Positions 1 through 29,790 of a stretch of 64,000 bases of DNA are shown piece by piece. Source of the stretch: Chrysomallon squamiferum (Eukaryota; Animalia; Mollusca); assembly GCA_012295275.1 (NCBI GenBank), contig CM022670.1, positions 558,001-622,000 of the forward strand, given 5' to 3'. The stretch's first letter is position 1; each line of letters opens with the position of its first letter. A program made the position numbers and the translations under genes. The notes beneath the pieces were generated by a model. The model had not been told where the DNA came from. It did no database searches and saw only the letters and a list, made by a program, of their open reading frames with translations.

Positions 1-62
1 AGGAGGGAGGGAGGGAGGGAGGGAGGGAGGGAGGGAGGGAGGGAGGGAGGGAGGGAGGGAGG

Positions 63-104
<42 letters not shown>
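1..104. repeat. (GGGA)n followed by (GA)n polypurine tract
   Basis: Seen directly: GGGA units to about 66, then GA dinucleotides to about 104; truncated by the window edge. Confidence 0.95.
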
Positions 105-105
<1 letters not shown>

Positions 106-207
106 AAAAAACAAAATGGCTATTTGAAAATGTGTTTATTTTCAAAATAATCAAAGAAGAAAAATGACTATTTATGTCTGGAATGTTCAGATAAACTAAA
201 TATTTCA

Positions 208-1641
<1,434 letters not shown>

Positions 1642-1730
1642 CTTGATCTCTGATTTTCTGCGATCTTCTTTTTCTTGATTTCAGAAAGAATATCTTTCGA
1701 TCTGTGAAATTCACTCAAGAATATCTCCAA

Positions 1731-1736
1731 TTTATA
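1731..1736 (-). promoter_or_regulatory. TATA box of Spaetzle-like paralog 1
   Basis: TATAAA on the minus strand about 90 nt upstream of the ATG, at the equivalent position to the one in paralog 2. Confidence 0.6.
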
Positions 1737-2147
1737 GCAAATATTAATTATCTAATAACCAATGATCTAACCCAGAAGGAAAAAGAAAATAAAACTGTTA
1801 AAAATATATTATGCATACCTCCAGTGGCCAATGGTAATTTTACACCATTTCCTTGTGTTGTTAATTGTTTGACCTACCCGTTTAAAAAAAAAAGCGTGCC
1901 GGATCTTTAGCAGCAGGACTGAATTATGTGTGGTAATCATTTCTAATTTTCACCATTTAATTAATTATTTCCTTGTTGACCGCCTACGTGTGCAAAGTCA
2001 TTTTGTGTATCAAGTGTCATTTTACTTTTAAACGATTAAAACTTATATATGTATGTATGCATGCTTGCTGATTTCATGCGTGTGTGTACGTGTGTATGTA
2101 TGTGTATGCGTGTTTTTTTAATGTTGCTATGTATGTATATGTGTGTG

Positions 2148-2208
<61 letters not shown>

Positions 2209-2289
2209 GTATGTATATATATGTATGTAGTTTTAGCATTTTGAATATTCTCTGTGTTATGTATAGACTCTGCACATAGACAATATTTG

Positions 2290-2409
2290 GGAACGCAGTC
2301 CAATCACGACCTCACAAACCCGTCAGATGCCGCTGACGAGACTTGAACGTATGGCACCCATTCACCCGCACTCCGAAGGCGGACGATGTTACCGTTCGGC
2401 CATGAGACA
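2290..2409 (-). mobile_element. tRNA-derived SINE head (fragment)
   Basis: GC-rich island. The minus strand reads GTCTCATGGCCGAACGGTAAC...CGTTCAAGTCTCG, with an A-box-like TGGCCGAACGG (2402-2392) and a B-box-like GTTCAAGTC (2348-2340); no clean cloverleaf. Confidence 0.55.
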
Positions 2410-4237
2410 TTCTTTAAAAAAAGTTGCTCAGTAACCGAGGGTAATCATCGCTTCCCACGAAGCACGCCGTTCTTTGTCTTTCGTCATTCTTGCATCTATG
2501 TATGTATGTATGCATGCATGTATGTTTGTAGCTATGTATGTATGCATGTTTCTATATGTGTGTATGTGTATGCACTTATGTATCTGTTTATGAATGTATG
2601 TTAGCACGTACGTATGTAGTGCTAACTGGGTGGATGGAAAAATGAACCGACAGTTGGATGTATCTGTATCTGAATATGTAGTAATTTGCGACACATAGCG
2701 AGAAAGTTTAATCTCAGACGAAGTGTCTTCGTCATTAATTGTTCATTATTATGAAGATTTTTATTTATTTTAATAAATTGTCTATGTTGCTTAATCTGAA
2801 GAATTCTGGTTGTCGGAACGACTTCGGAATACGGATATTTTCCACATTTCAAGCTCTCAGCTAAAATCAATCAATCAATCAAAATCAAAATAACAAAATA
2901 TTTATATATACATATATGTGTGTATGTATGTATTTTTATCATAAACGTCTGCAGTTCGGTCAAATCAAGGTTAATGTTTCTGATTCTGGTACGTTCTACC
3001 GAGTCACGTTGATCGGTTTAGGTAATGCAGATTAATTTTAAGTAAAATATCATTATTTTTATGTATCCGATTATTATCCGATTATTAATAAAATTCTTTT
3101 TATTGTCATTATATATATAAATAGTGGTACTTAAAAACAAATTTAGCCCAAAGATGTGATCACACTGACATCGTTTTAAAAGGCAGATCTAGATGTATTC
3201 GGAACTGACATTACTAATAAAATAAATTATTAATTATAATTTTTAAAATTATATTATTATTTTTTTTTTTTAAGGAGATCCTTATTATTTTTAATTTTAT
3301 TTTTTTTATCTTGATATATATCATTAACATAATACGAAATTGGTGAAAATCTCTAAGAATTATGGGAATTTAGGTGCTCTGAGTACAACATGGAAATTAG
3401 GAAAAGAAGAACGAAAGCTGAGTGAAATGAGTAAGCACTTTTCACCACAACCCGATTAGAAACATTTACTAAGACTAAAATAAATAAGAATTTTATTATT
3501 ATTATTATTATTTGTATTTCTTTATTCTTTTTTTTTTTTTTTTTCAATTTCTCTCTTACAACGTGTTTGTGTTGATATCGCATCATCTCTTCCACTGTCC
3601 AACCTACTTCGTCACTGCTGCTGTGGAAATTCAAATTTATTAAATGGATTTTCGGGGGGGGGGGAGCTGTTATATTTACAAGTAAAAGGTATAATCTGTT
3701 TTGTTAATGAAATGGGGAAAATATGACTTGTTTTATTAATAATACACCATGCTTTTATTGCCCTCTATGCTGAAACGATCTAAGAACATGGTACAGAAAG
3801 AGTCACAACCAGAAAGTTCAATATTTCATTCTTATTGTCCATTCGTTTGCTAAGAAAGATGATTTCGTTTTTCTTTTTGTTTTATTTTATTTATTTATAT
3901 ATTTACTTACTTACACATTTACTTGTTTATTTACTTTCTTACTCATTTATTTATTTATTATCCTTTGTTATGTGTGGTTTTTATTTTATTTTTTATGACG
4001 TTGTTTTAGTCGCGCTGTGGTGGGTGTAGTATCAGTAGTTTGTGATCTTTGATTGTGAGGATATTTGCAAGCGGCTAATGTGGGATATATCCCGATGAAG
4101 AGGTCTAAAACTGTGACGTATTAAATCACAAGCCACGCCCCATTCGTGAACATTTGCTAAGATCAAAAACAAATAACGAACTTTTTATTTTATTTTATTT
4201 TATTTTATTCAGATACTCTGTGTGAAGACTGGAAAGT

Positions 4238-4889
4238 TTATTTGTTCTGGTAACGAGTTTTGTAAAAGATTTGTTCGTAGCAGCTGCAGTCCTGTGGTAG
4301 GTACAGGTAGTTGTAGTTCAGACCTTGATGCCAGTTGCTGACGTTCTTACTGCACCATCCCCAGAAAAACACCCTGTGATACTGGCTGGGGAGGCACTTG
4401 CTGTTACCACAGTCGCATGGGCTCCTACAAGTCCTGTAACTGTTTTTAAAAAAATAATAATAAATTAAAAAAAAAGTATGTATATTGCGAGAATCAGTAC
4501 ATGTAAATAACTATATTTCTTGATGACATCATATATTTGAATATTAATAGCTTTAAATATTTAAGATTTAGTTTTCGTATAACGATGAACAGAGAAAGGA
4601 ATGTAGCTAACATTATTTCTCATACACACGAAAGCAAACTAACAGAGAAACTCTGGTTTTTATGGAAGAATAATATCAAAATAATAAAACGTTAATGTTC
4701 TTTTTGATGTTAATTTTATGGGTTGAGTGAGTCAATGTTCGTATGTAAGCGCATAATTACATGCAGTGTGTCAGTCTGAATGGGTGTAAGCGTGGATGTA
4801 TGTTCACAGCGTGTGAGTGTGCGAGTAAGAAAAAAACTGTCAGTGTTGACGTGTGCATGCGCGTGCCTGTTCAAAATAGAACAATAACG

Positions 4890-4926
<37 letters not shown>

Positions 4927-5833
4927 CCATCACAATTAATCATCACTCACCTGCACTGGACAGTCCTAATTCGCTGCCAGTGAGGAAATATTACAAAGCA
5001 TGTGCTGTGATGGAAGCTGTAGATATATCGATTGTAGGGCCTGCAGGGTTCGCACTTACTGACCCAGTAGTACCACCAGTAAGAATGGTAGCGCTTGGAC
5101 AAGAAACTGGACGCTGGCTGACTGCGAGGCGCCTGACATCTCTCCGATGCTTTCATGATCTTTATTCCCTCGTCTCCGATGACTTTCTTCAAAGCTGCTT
5201 CAGCTTCAACTACCGCGCTGCAGTCAGGATTTTAAAAAAGCATAAGAATCGTCCGAGAGACCAGTAATAATATTTTAATATGGTAAAAGTTATCTTAAAT
5301 AACAACAACAAAAACAACAAAAAGAAATAAATTAGTCAAAAATACATCGATGTCAGTCAGTTAGCTAAATACTCGATCAAACAACCAATCAATCGATAAT
5401 CGGATAAATAAATAATAAAATAAATAAAATCAACTGACTGATTATAGAAACGTAATTACATACAAGGATTATATGATTACTATCAAGAGATCGAGAGTGT
5501 AGTAAATGTTTTTGAAAACCTCCCCAGTATTTCTCAACGCTTGGAATAAAAGTGGATTAGTAAATTTAATAATAAAAAAAAACTTCGATGGACTGGATCT
5601 AATTCTTCTAAGAGGCATTAAACGTTTTAACAGATGAAATGTGAACCAGTCGAATATACTTGTACCTGTTTTGTGCTCTGATGGGGCTAAAAGACATGTC
5701 ATGTCCGAATTCTCTATCAGGATCATTCGGCTGAACACGTGGACAACCCAACACTGCCGTGACCGCCAAGAGCAGCAAGAAAACTAGTTTCTGAAAATAA
5801 AATAACATTTATTAATAACAATGGCTTCCTTCT

Positions 5834-5874
<41 letters not shown>

Positions 5875-6195
5875 ACCATGTAAAGGTCACAGTTGTGGTA
5901 TAAATGTTAATTAATTTATTATTTTCAAGTACATAAATCATTAATTAATTTAATTATTTATGTAATTTTCTAATTTAATTTAAGAAGTAGTCTAAAGATA
6001 TTCTACAATGTTTCAAATAAATATATGTGTATGTAACAAATAATCTTTGGAATCTGTCAAAATCTGGAAGGCACGTGGTTACTTTGAGAGCGAATACATA
6101 CTTCCTAGGCGTATTTTTAAGGTCGATCTGTAACTATTTCTCACTGACTGTAAAGAATTTCCAGCTACTGATAAAACATTTTAACGACTTACCAT
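4238..6195 (-). CDS. Secreted Spaetzle-like cystine-knot protein, paralog 2 (~198 aa)
   Basis: Exons 6195-6193 (ATG only), 5790-5666, 5217-4951 and 4439-4238, with the same intron phases as paralog 1. Signal peptide MKLVFLLLLAVTAVLG; dibasic KR before the Y/W-rich mature region; C-terminus ...KCLPSQYHRVFFWGWC..GLNYNYLYLPQDCSCYEQIFYKTRYQNK. Confidence 0.75.
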
Positions 6196-6279
6196 TCTGG
6201 CTTGTTCGATCAGTCGTATCGTACAGGAGGTTTTTCACAGTTTCAAATCGCATTTAGTTTTCTTACGAATTCCCTCATT

Positions 6280-6285
6280 TTTATA
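6280..6285 (-). promoter_or_regulatory. TATA box of Spaetzle-like paralog 2
   Basis: TATAAA on the minus strand about 85 nt upstream of the ATG. Confidence 0.6.
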
Positions 6286-6777
6286 TCGTCTGAAAGGTAA
6301 TAATTAATGAATTTTTTAATAAAAAATTAAACAATAAATTTATTTAAAAAATCAAATTTACGCAATTTCCCCGATCAAATGAGGACATTTGAAATAATGT
6401 GCTAATATAACCCCTAGGCACATACAACGTAACAACTGGCGACATTACAAAGACAATTCTTGGTACGATTAATTATGATATAACGGAGATTAAATAATTT
6501 AAAATATAATAAAAATATGCATGAGATAAAGAACAGCTGTGTTATTCAAATAATAATAATAATAATAATAATAATGTTGTTGTAATAACAACAATAATAA
6601 GAAGAACAACAACAATAAAACAATTTAAACATTGTTAGTATTCCTCCAATTAATTATTTTATTTTTTATTATAGCACTAAACTTTGCTAATTAGAAAATA
6701 TGACAAAAACAATTTCTCGTTATTAATCAAGACTGGGACGGGATATAAGAAAATAATAATAAATAAATATATAAAAG

Positions 6778-6872
<95 letters not shown>

Positions 6873-7009
6873 ATAGATAAATATCACGGCTTTGTAATAT
6901 GAGTCTACATTTAATTTTTTTTTTTTTTTTTAATTATGATCATTGGGTTTGTTGTAAAGATTAGTAATTAGAATAAATAAAACATTTACCTCGAAAATGT
7001 ATATCTATG

Positions 7010-7042
<33 letters not shown>

Positions 7043-7721
7043 GTATTCAAAGATATTAACAAAAGTTCAACGATTTAATATTACATAATGTTAGCTTTTG
7101 AATGGATGAATTAATTATTATTTAATCATATCTTTGTAATGCAGAGGTTATTAGATGGTAGCAATGTATTTATTTATTTATTTATTTTTTTTTTTTATTA
7201 TTATTTTTTTTTAATTTAACACGTGTTATTTCAGTTTTGTTTTACTGCACGTATAACATTCTAAAATTTACATTTCTTCCTTAAACATCAAAAAATCATA
7301 TTTAAATAAGTTGACTAATATTTTATTTATGTAAATTTATCTATTTATGAAATCAAATTTGGTTAATGGAGTATAAAATTAGAAGGAAATTGCCTGCTTA
7401 TTTTTAAATGCATTTATGCATTTTAATACCCCGCTAAAAAAATGTGTCCTTGGAGTTGTAAAATTTGCAGAACAGAAAATAACATCTATTTAATAATTTT
7501 ATTCGCCTTCGGCGCGAATCTGTGGGTGTGTTAAAGATGACTCGGCTAAAAATAATCAAACTTTTAAAACAGTTTTTACTCATTTTCTCTTAATCATCAG
7601 GCGAAGATGAAGAAAAAAGGGCGATTTGTGTTGAGTGAGGTGTCAAAGCACCTCTGTGTCCTGAATATATATATGGAAAGAAAACAAAACTGAAAGAAAA
7701 AAAAAAAAAAAAAAAAAGGAC

Positions 7722-7752
<31 letters not shown>

Positions 7753-8964
7753 TAAATATACGAATTAATACTACTGATACTACTTCTACTACTACTAATA
7801 ATAATAACAACAAAAACAATAATAACAATAATAATAAGAAGAAGAAGAAGAAGAAGTAAATAAATAAATTCATCTTGCTATATTGAAGAATCAAATCATT
7901 TATGATAATTTTTAAGAATAGTTTGAGTGAATGGAATAAAAACAGTTAATAAATAAAGCATCTTATAAAGACTTCGCTGAACGCTGCTTGTAACGGGAAA
8001 TAAGATAAACTAACGCTTTATTAACAGAGCTACAGCTGTCTCGAGATATCAGTGTGTTTATTTGTAGTCACTGTCAGCTGGTATGATTAAAACATTAGGA
8101 TGCTCTGTCAAGCGACAGGAAACACAGTCGGACGATTTTTAAAAAGACTTTTGGGAATAAAGTAATCAACACTCTTCTGAGACAGAGAAAAAAACACTAG
8201 TATAAGTGTGTTAATTACAATACAGCACGCAAGAGAAATAAATAAATAGATAAAACAAACGAATAAATAAATAAGTAAATAAATAAAATATAATAAAATA
8301 TAATAATAAAATAATATTAATAATAATAATAATAACGATAATAACAACAACGATATCAACAACAATAATAATCATAATAAAAATATAACAGTAATAATAT
8401 AATCTTATAATTATAATAACAATAATAATATTAATAAATAAATAAAATAAAATAAAATAAAATAAAATAAAATAAAATAAAATTAGTAAATATAAATAAT
8501 GTTAATGGAAAATTCGTGTAATAAATAAATAAATAAATGCTTACTTCTTTAAAAAAAAAATATTATTCTCACATAATACACATAATATGCAGATACACAT
8601 ACTTACACACATACACAGACAAACAGACGTTAAATACACACATAGATATATTAAAATAAATATTAACAGAAGGGGGAAAAAAGCTGTCGGACAGAAATGA
8701 AATTAAAATGACAGAAAAGACTGCAGTGACAGTATATAATAATAATAACAACAACAATAACAAAATAATTAAGAAAAAGTAATATAAATATAAATAAAAT
8801 GAACAAAATAATAATAATAATAATAATATAAATAATAATGACAACAATAGTAACAGCAACCACAAGAACAATAATAATAATAATAACAGTCTTCAGTAGC
8901 TTGTTCAGGGATTTTCACTAGCAGTGCCAAAACTAATGTTTATAAAGTGTCTGGTGTACTGTCA

Positions 8965-8978
8965 GTTCTCTCGGCAAC
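8965..8978 (+). promoter_or_regulatory. RFX X-box-like motif upstream of LRR gene A
   Basis: GTTCTC-TC-GGCAAC resembles the X-box consensus. A second X-box-like GTTTCCATAGAAC lies at 9506-9518, just before a strong donor GAG|GTAAGT at 9543/9544 (probable 5'UTR exon). Confidence 0.45.
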
Positions 8979-9696
8979 CAAAACTGTCATGACTACATCC
9001 TAAGATAAATCGCATCATAACTGTCAGTAAAATCGTTACGAAACAGTCAGATTCATCGGCAGAATACAACGTTCCCGGTTTTACAACCAGTCCGTTCTCA
9101 GTCGACGTAAGAAGAACAAAACAACAACACATAATCAAACTTTGAAAATATTATTTAGAGAGACATAGTGCTATAATTTTTTTTATATAGTTTCAAGGCA
9201 GATAACATATATTTTTAAAAAAGCTACAAAATTTTGTGACCGTCTTGTTTAGTCTGGTTTTGCGATACATACGCAAAATCAAACTAGACTCAGTCTTCTA
9301 CGGATTTACCTTTCATTGTTACACCAAAAGTCAGACCTCTTATTACATAGATTATTTGTTTAAGAGGTGATCAGGCGTGTAATTTGGTTCCACTTATTAA
9401 CAGATTGAATTTCCCTTGCGGCTTTAAGCAGCACAAATTAGAAACAGTCGTAGAAAAGCTAAACAAAGTGTGTGGTTTGGATCGTTTGGTTATTTGTACG
9501 ATATCGTTTCCATAGAACAGAATATACATTTCCTGGCTTGGAGGTAAGTTTGTTTTATACTTAATATGGATTTTATTTTATTCTATATTATTATGTAAAG
9601 ATTTTATTATTTTCTTTGCTTTCTTGAACCTAATTACTTAAAACTTTATCATAGTTTTGTTTGTGTTTTAATTGTTACTGTTATTATTCTTGCTGT

Positions 9697-9734
<38 letters not shown>

Positions 9735-9735
9735 T

Positions 9736-9780
<45 letters not shown>

Positions 9781-10273
9781 ATAGTAATAATAATAACAAT
9801 AATAATGAATATATGATGATAATAACGATGGAGGTATAATGATAATTCTAAAAATAATGTATAATAATATTTTAATTGTTTTTATAAGAATATATTATTA
9901 CTGTTGTTGTTATTATGATTATAATTGTTGTTGTTATTATTATTATTACTGGTACAGTATGTTTAGTTTATTTCTATTTATGCTGTGGTCAGTTTACATG
10001 TAGCTGTCTCAACCTGACAAACGATTAATAGCGAGTGGAGATTTAGAAAAGCCGACTGGATACGAACAAAAACAGACTTATAGAAAAGCCGATTTAGTGT
10101 AGAAGAAACTGACAAATCAATTGTCTAACACTGACTTAATAATGATGATTGTGTCCTTGCATTCTCGAGATAACACTTTACCAATTTAAGTAGAGAAATG
10201 GATGGAGGAATGTTCAATACAAGAGGTAGAAAGGGGAGAGTATGCAAGATTTCTGTTCACTGATTTTTGTTTT

Positions 10274-10497
<224 letters not shown>

Positions 10498-11519
10498 CTC
10501 TCTCCATAATAATAGTGTCCCCCCTTTGTTGAAAACATGGACTCGCTCCTGCAATTTCCTATGAACATTAAATGATGTAATAATTATTGTGGGATTAAGA
10601 AATAAGATATTAATAAGAGCTTGATGACGTCATAATAATCTGCTTTTTCTCTGAAATTAGACTGGTCTATTTACGCATGTCCAGCTTACATTGATTAATT
10701 ATTGCAGTATTGTTGCCATTTTATATTTTTAGTTTTTAATCTCTATTCATATTTATTTGTGCGTTTTTGTATTACACATAACTTCATTGTTTTCTCTTGC
10801 AGTTTTTTCTTCTTTTTTTGTGTGTGTGAATTTACGGTTTTTTTTTTTTTTTTTTTTTATTTCTTTCTTTTGACGTTCTTCTTTGTTGTTGTTATTTGTT
10901 TTTATAATCATTTTTATTTATTTTGTTTATAATTTCTAAAAATATATTCAGTTAGTAGGTATTTAAATTATTTTATTTTTTTCTTGTATGTTACTGAATT
11001 ATTTATGTATTTATTAATTAGTTTTCTCTTTCATATACCTAATTTTATGGTTGCATAATATTTTTTTTTTCAAGAGCCTATTAACGCATTATAATCATCA
11101 TCAAAATCAATATCATTATAATTATTATTATTATTATTATTATATCTATTGTGTTTTTATATAATAAAGATAACAGAGAAGAAACCCGATTCCATCAATC
11201 CGTAATTTTATTAACGAGCTAAAATGGATCCTCCATAATGACCTACCCATAAACAGGAAAGCACAAAACATGGCGTTTATAATTTAGTTGTGGAACCCTT
11301 CAAGAAAGAATATAAAAGATATAAAAGAATGAATGATTTTATTGTCTTAAACAAGTTTTAATTAATCCAACTTTATCACCATAAAACTGAAGGTACTTCT
11401 TAAATACTTTTTTATCCACTGGTTTATAGTAATAATCGTCACTGTGTTATTTTTTTTACAGAAACTTTTGACGAGTGTGAAAAGAACATATTAAATGGCA
11501 GACGTGTGTTTCTCTAAAA

Positions 11520-17687
<6,168 letters not shown>

Positions 17688-20162
17688 TTCAAGATGGCTG
17701 ATATAAATGAAATTTAGTTACTTGAATAATCATTGTATTAGTTAGCAAAATATTTCATTCTCTAAACCTTGGATGAAATTCTGATGATGTTTTATTTTGA
17801 AATGAAAGAAAGAAATAAGTATCACTCTAATTTTCTTGTGGAGTAAACAGATTTATGTTATTTATCCAACATTGGTGCAATACAAACAAAGAATCCTTGA
17901 GATTAATAATTTTCATTTTTTCAATGCCAGTAGATAAACTGCTGTCTGCCTATCTGCATGTGTTACATCTGTCTATATGTCTGTCTATAGATTACTACCA
18001 TTCATGTTCTCGGTCGTAATTCTGCTCTGAAAGAAGAAGGCTTGAAATTATGCTTCATCAAAAATCGAACTTTTTATTTCTTCTTTTGGTATAAATTATT
18101 TTAGATATTACATCCAATAATTATCGGAAAATAGATATTTCGATTATAAATCTAATAAATGCAATTCCAAAAAATAAAATGTTTTAGATCAATGTGTGTA
18201 TATATATACTGTTTGTCATAAATGTACACAAATGGAAAGATAAAAACTGACAGACGCACAGAGGGCTGAACAGGCTTTACTAATAGAAATTAATTTTGTT
18301 TTTCGAGAACTCTCCACGATACAGTTGTTGTATAAATATTAAAAATATTCTGCATGTCGTGTATTAATTAATAGATGATTAAAGTGGTCTAATTCATTTT
18401 GGTTTAAGTTTGCTTATTAACTGTTATGAGGTTTGTTAATTAATTTGTTTTAAATCAAAAACAGGTTTTTAAATTTTATTATTTATTTTATTCATTTATT
18501 TATTTTATTTTATAATATTTTTGTTTTGTTTTATTAAATTTATATATATATATATTATTTCTATTTTGTTGTTGTCAATGTGTTTAATCTGTTTAATGAT
18601 GATGTTGTCGCAGGGGCCAGTCTGTACACTACTATCATGAATTAGCTACAAAAGAACTTACATAATTATTCTTCATAAAGGAGCAATTTCTTTCTTCTTT
18701 TTTTTTTTTTTTTTTTTTCTCTCTTTTCAAAAAAAAAAAAAAAAAAAATAAATAAAAATAAAAAATAAAAATCTCTATTTTTGCCAAATTTTAATAGTAT
18801 AGGCAAGAAAAATAATATTATTGTTACTTCGCCAACCTAAATCTGCAAATGCTTATGAGAACTGTTAGCTAGCCAAAGGTCAGCATTATGAGGTGTTACT
18901 CTCTGTCATCTTGTCCATTCCTTCCAAAAACTGGAGCTCAGGACTATACAAACAAAGATAAAAATTTTGTTCACGTACCGCATGAGTAGGTGTAGACAAA
19001 TACACGTATATACACACTGTACATACTCGCCAAATTCCTGTATCACACACACAGCCAGAGTTCTAAATTCGTGTGTAATAATTACGTCACGGTTTTAAAT
19101 GCGTCTGTGAAAGTTACGACACAGAGATTACGAAGGTGGATCAAACGTGCAGTGTTTCCGAACACTGTTTGGTTAAGTGACCATTGTTCTTACAATTACT
19201 CGTTCTTCACGGTTTGCAAATAGCTTTCCTCACTTGACTGATTTAAACGACAATTATGTTCCATTGTTAATAACACCGTTAATAAGACTAGCATTGTTAA
19301 ATCTATTAACAAGTCTGGCATTGTCAAACTCGCTAATAAGGTAGGCTTTGTCCTGTTCTGGTAAACACACGAACTGCAGGGAGGATACTGTATTAAAGTT
19401 ATACAGTGTAAAGTTTCAGGTTTTATCGCTGAGCGAGTATGATCATTAACATGCTTTTATTCAAAGGGTTTAAGCATGTCTCTCGTGGTCAGTTGTAATT
19501 GCTCAGCTACTATGTCCGTAACTAAAATCTCAGCATTTCGAGTTTGTCTCGTGCACGCATTGTCACTCAGGCCAGTTTGCTCAAGTCTGGTTCAGAACAC
19601 GTTACGACAAAGACTGTGATAGAGGTACGGGCTTGGGGAAACAGTAGTACAGGGATTACTAATGGTTTGTTATCCGAAAACCCAGAGTTAATCTTGATAA
19701 TCCTCCCAGATTAATACATCGAAATGTAAACTGGTAAAGAAGTTACGTGCTTGTGTTTTTTGTTTTTATATATCTTTCTTAGACTTAGTCATTTCATGAA
19801 AACAAGTGGGTTTGACAAAACCTAACTCCGATACAAAATTCTGGATTTGTTTACGATTAATGATGATTTCTAAGTGCAACCAGTAAACCCCTGGTGGATT
19901 GTTTCATGGATTCTAACGTTAAATATGTATTAGAATCCTCCCTGGCATTGCCCGCAGTTTATGGATACACATATGAAGACAGGATTTACAGAAAATGTTT
20001 TTAGTTTGTCTTATTATTCAAAGTCAAAAAACACTGAAAAGTAATTTAAGATTCAGTTCAAAACATGGACAAAGCTGAAGCTCTTGCCACAAGGGTGGAT
20101 ATTATAAAACAGTTCTGAAGAAAAGTTTTATAGTGATTTTCGAAATACACACTAACCGCTCG

Positions 20163-28142
<7,980 letters not shown>

Positions 28143-29593
28143 GAAATTCTTTAAAAGTGTGAATTAAAGAATTTAACTTTGTTTTCTACCAAAAATAACA
28201 ACTATTAAATAAATAAAAAATTAAACATGAACACTATAATGATTTAACAGTAAAATTTTTTTTAAAAATTGGAGTCATATAAACCTTTTCTCCTGATTCG
28301 GAGATGAATATAAGTTTAATCATTAAATAATGACGATGATGATGATGATGATGATAAAGGTGATAATAATAAAAACAAAAGAACATTATATACATGTATA
28401 TTATTAACTGTGAAGCTATGCATAATGTAGTAATAAACAAGACAACTTTGTTATTTTCAACATGAACACATTTTTCCGTTGCTATAAGAATAAAATGTAA
28501 TTAAAACTGAAGTGCCATAACAACTCAGTTCACTGACTGTGTGAGAAAACTGGACATTTTTGTGAACTATCTTTAACTTACCTGACAGGTGTTAGTATGA
28601 AACTGTGATGTGTATTCCAAGATTTTATGTGTTTTTTCAATCTATGAAACAAACATTTGTTTGAGTGTTTCTGGATTGTATGAAAAAATCAGAATTCTAT
28701 AAAACTGAAAAAAAAAACATATGATGAAAAAAATAACTCAATTCTTTGGAAGGGAAATTATAAAACTGAATAAGTGCATATTCAAATTTTTGTGGTTTTT
28801 TGTTAAGATTGTATGAAAAGGACAAACATGTTTAAAAATGGAAGAAAATAATATTGATGCACTAGGAACTGGAGTATTTCAAATATGGACAAAAACTGAT
28901 ACATAGATGTCTGTCAAACTTTGATGTAATGCTTGCCACACACATAAAGATAATGAAATGGAGGCAAAAACCTCACAGAGCTGAAGCATCAACACTATTC
29001 AGACAAAAATATCAATATCAGCCTGAATATATTTAAATTACTCAACTTTAGTATATAAACTACTTTTGTTCTTTAGTTTTAACCAATCGTTTATTTGTAT
29101 TTATTAAGTTAAGTTTGTTCACAGCATTGTGTTTTTGGTAACTGCATGATAGTTGTCTTACTCTGAATGACTGTATCAGTGAAACTGAATATGTAATTGA
29201 ATATATAGGTGGTATTTATTTTTAATAATGTAAAATAAATGTAAATATGTAAATATGGACAAATAAAGTTATACCTCAACTGATTCAGTTGTCTGTTAAT
29301 ATTAATTTAATACTTGCATCTGTGACGGTGCCAGCATAAATCTTAAATGTGGCAGAAAAATAAATGAGATTTTTTTTATGATTTCTGCATGTTATTTGTT
29401 TTTATTTCATTAATAAAACTCTGTGATCTTTATATATTATATAAAATATCCAAATGTTTTCTGAAGTCATAATATGTCTTAAATATTTAGTTTTCTGGAC
29501 AAATATATAGTAACATATACAGTAATAAAAAATAATAAATAAATAATAAAATAAATAAATAAATAAAGATATTAAAAATTTTAAATTCTATAC

Positions 29594-29632
<39 letters not shown>

Positions 29633-29790
29633 TAATTTCTTTATTTTTTAAAGACTATTGGTAATTCCTGTTACCTATGGAATTTCGTTTTCTTAAAGGT
29701 TAAAATCAGAAATAAAGAAAAGATAACTGTTAAGATAAATCAGTGCTTTATTAAACAATGTAAAAAGCTACATGGTGTGAGTATTTTGAT

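Noticed and set aside
1-104. G-quadruplex or triplex-forming (GGGA)n/(GA)n tract just 3' of paralog 1
   Set aside because: Structurally plausible, but such tracts are ubiquitous in this DNA and nothing points to a specific function.
2290-2409. Possible functional tRNA gene
   Set aside because: A- and B-box-like motifs are present, but the stems do not close into a cloverleaf; better explained as a SINE head.
4085-4125. CCGATGAAG...AAAAC resembling a hammerhead ribozyme core
   Set aside because: Lacks the CUGAUGA and GAAA consensus and the supporting helices.
7501-7519. Small GC hairpin ATTCGCCTTCGGCGCGAAT sharing a 12-mer (inverted) with 45893-45904
   Set aside because: Too short to assign; it could be an E2F-like site or a repeat remnant, and no larger structure is visible.
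19477-19600. Possible second tRNA-derived SINE upstream of LRR gene B
   Set aside because: A- and B-box matches are too degenerate to support without a repeat library.
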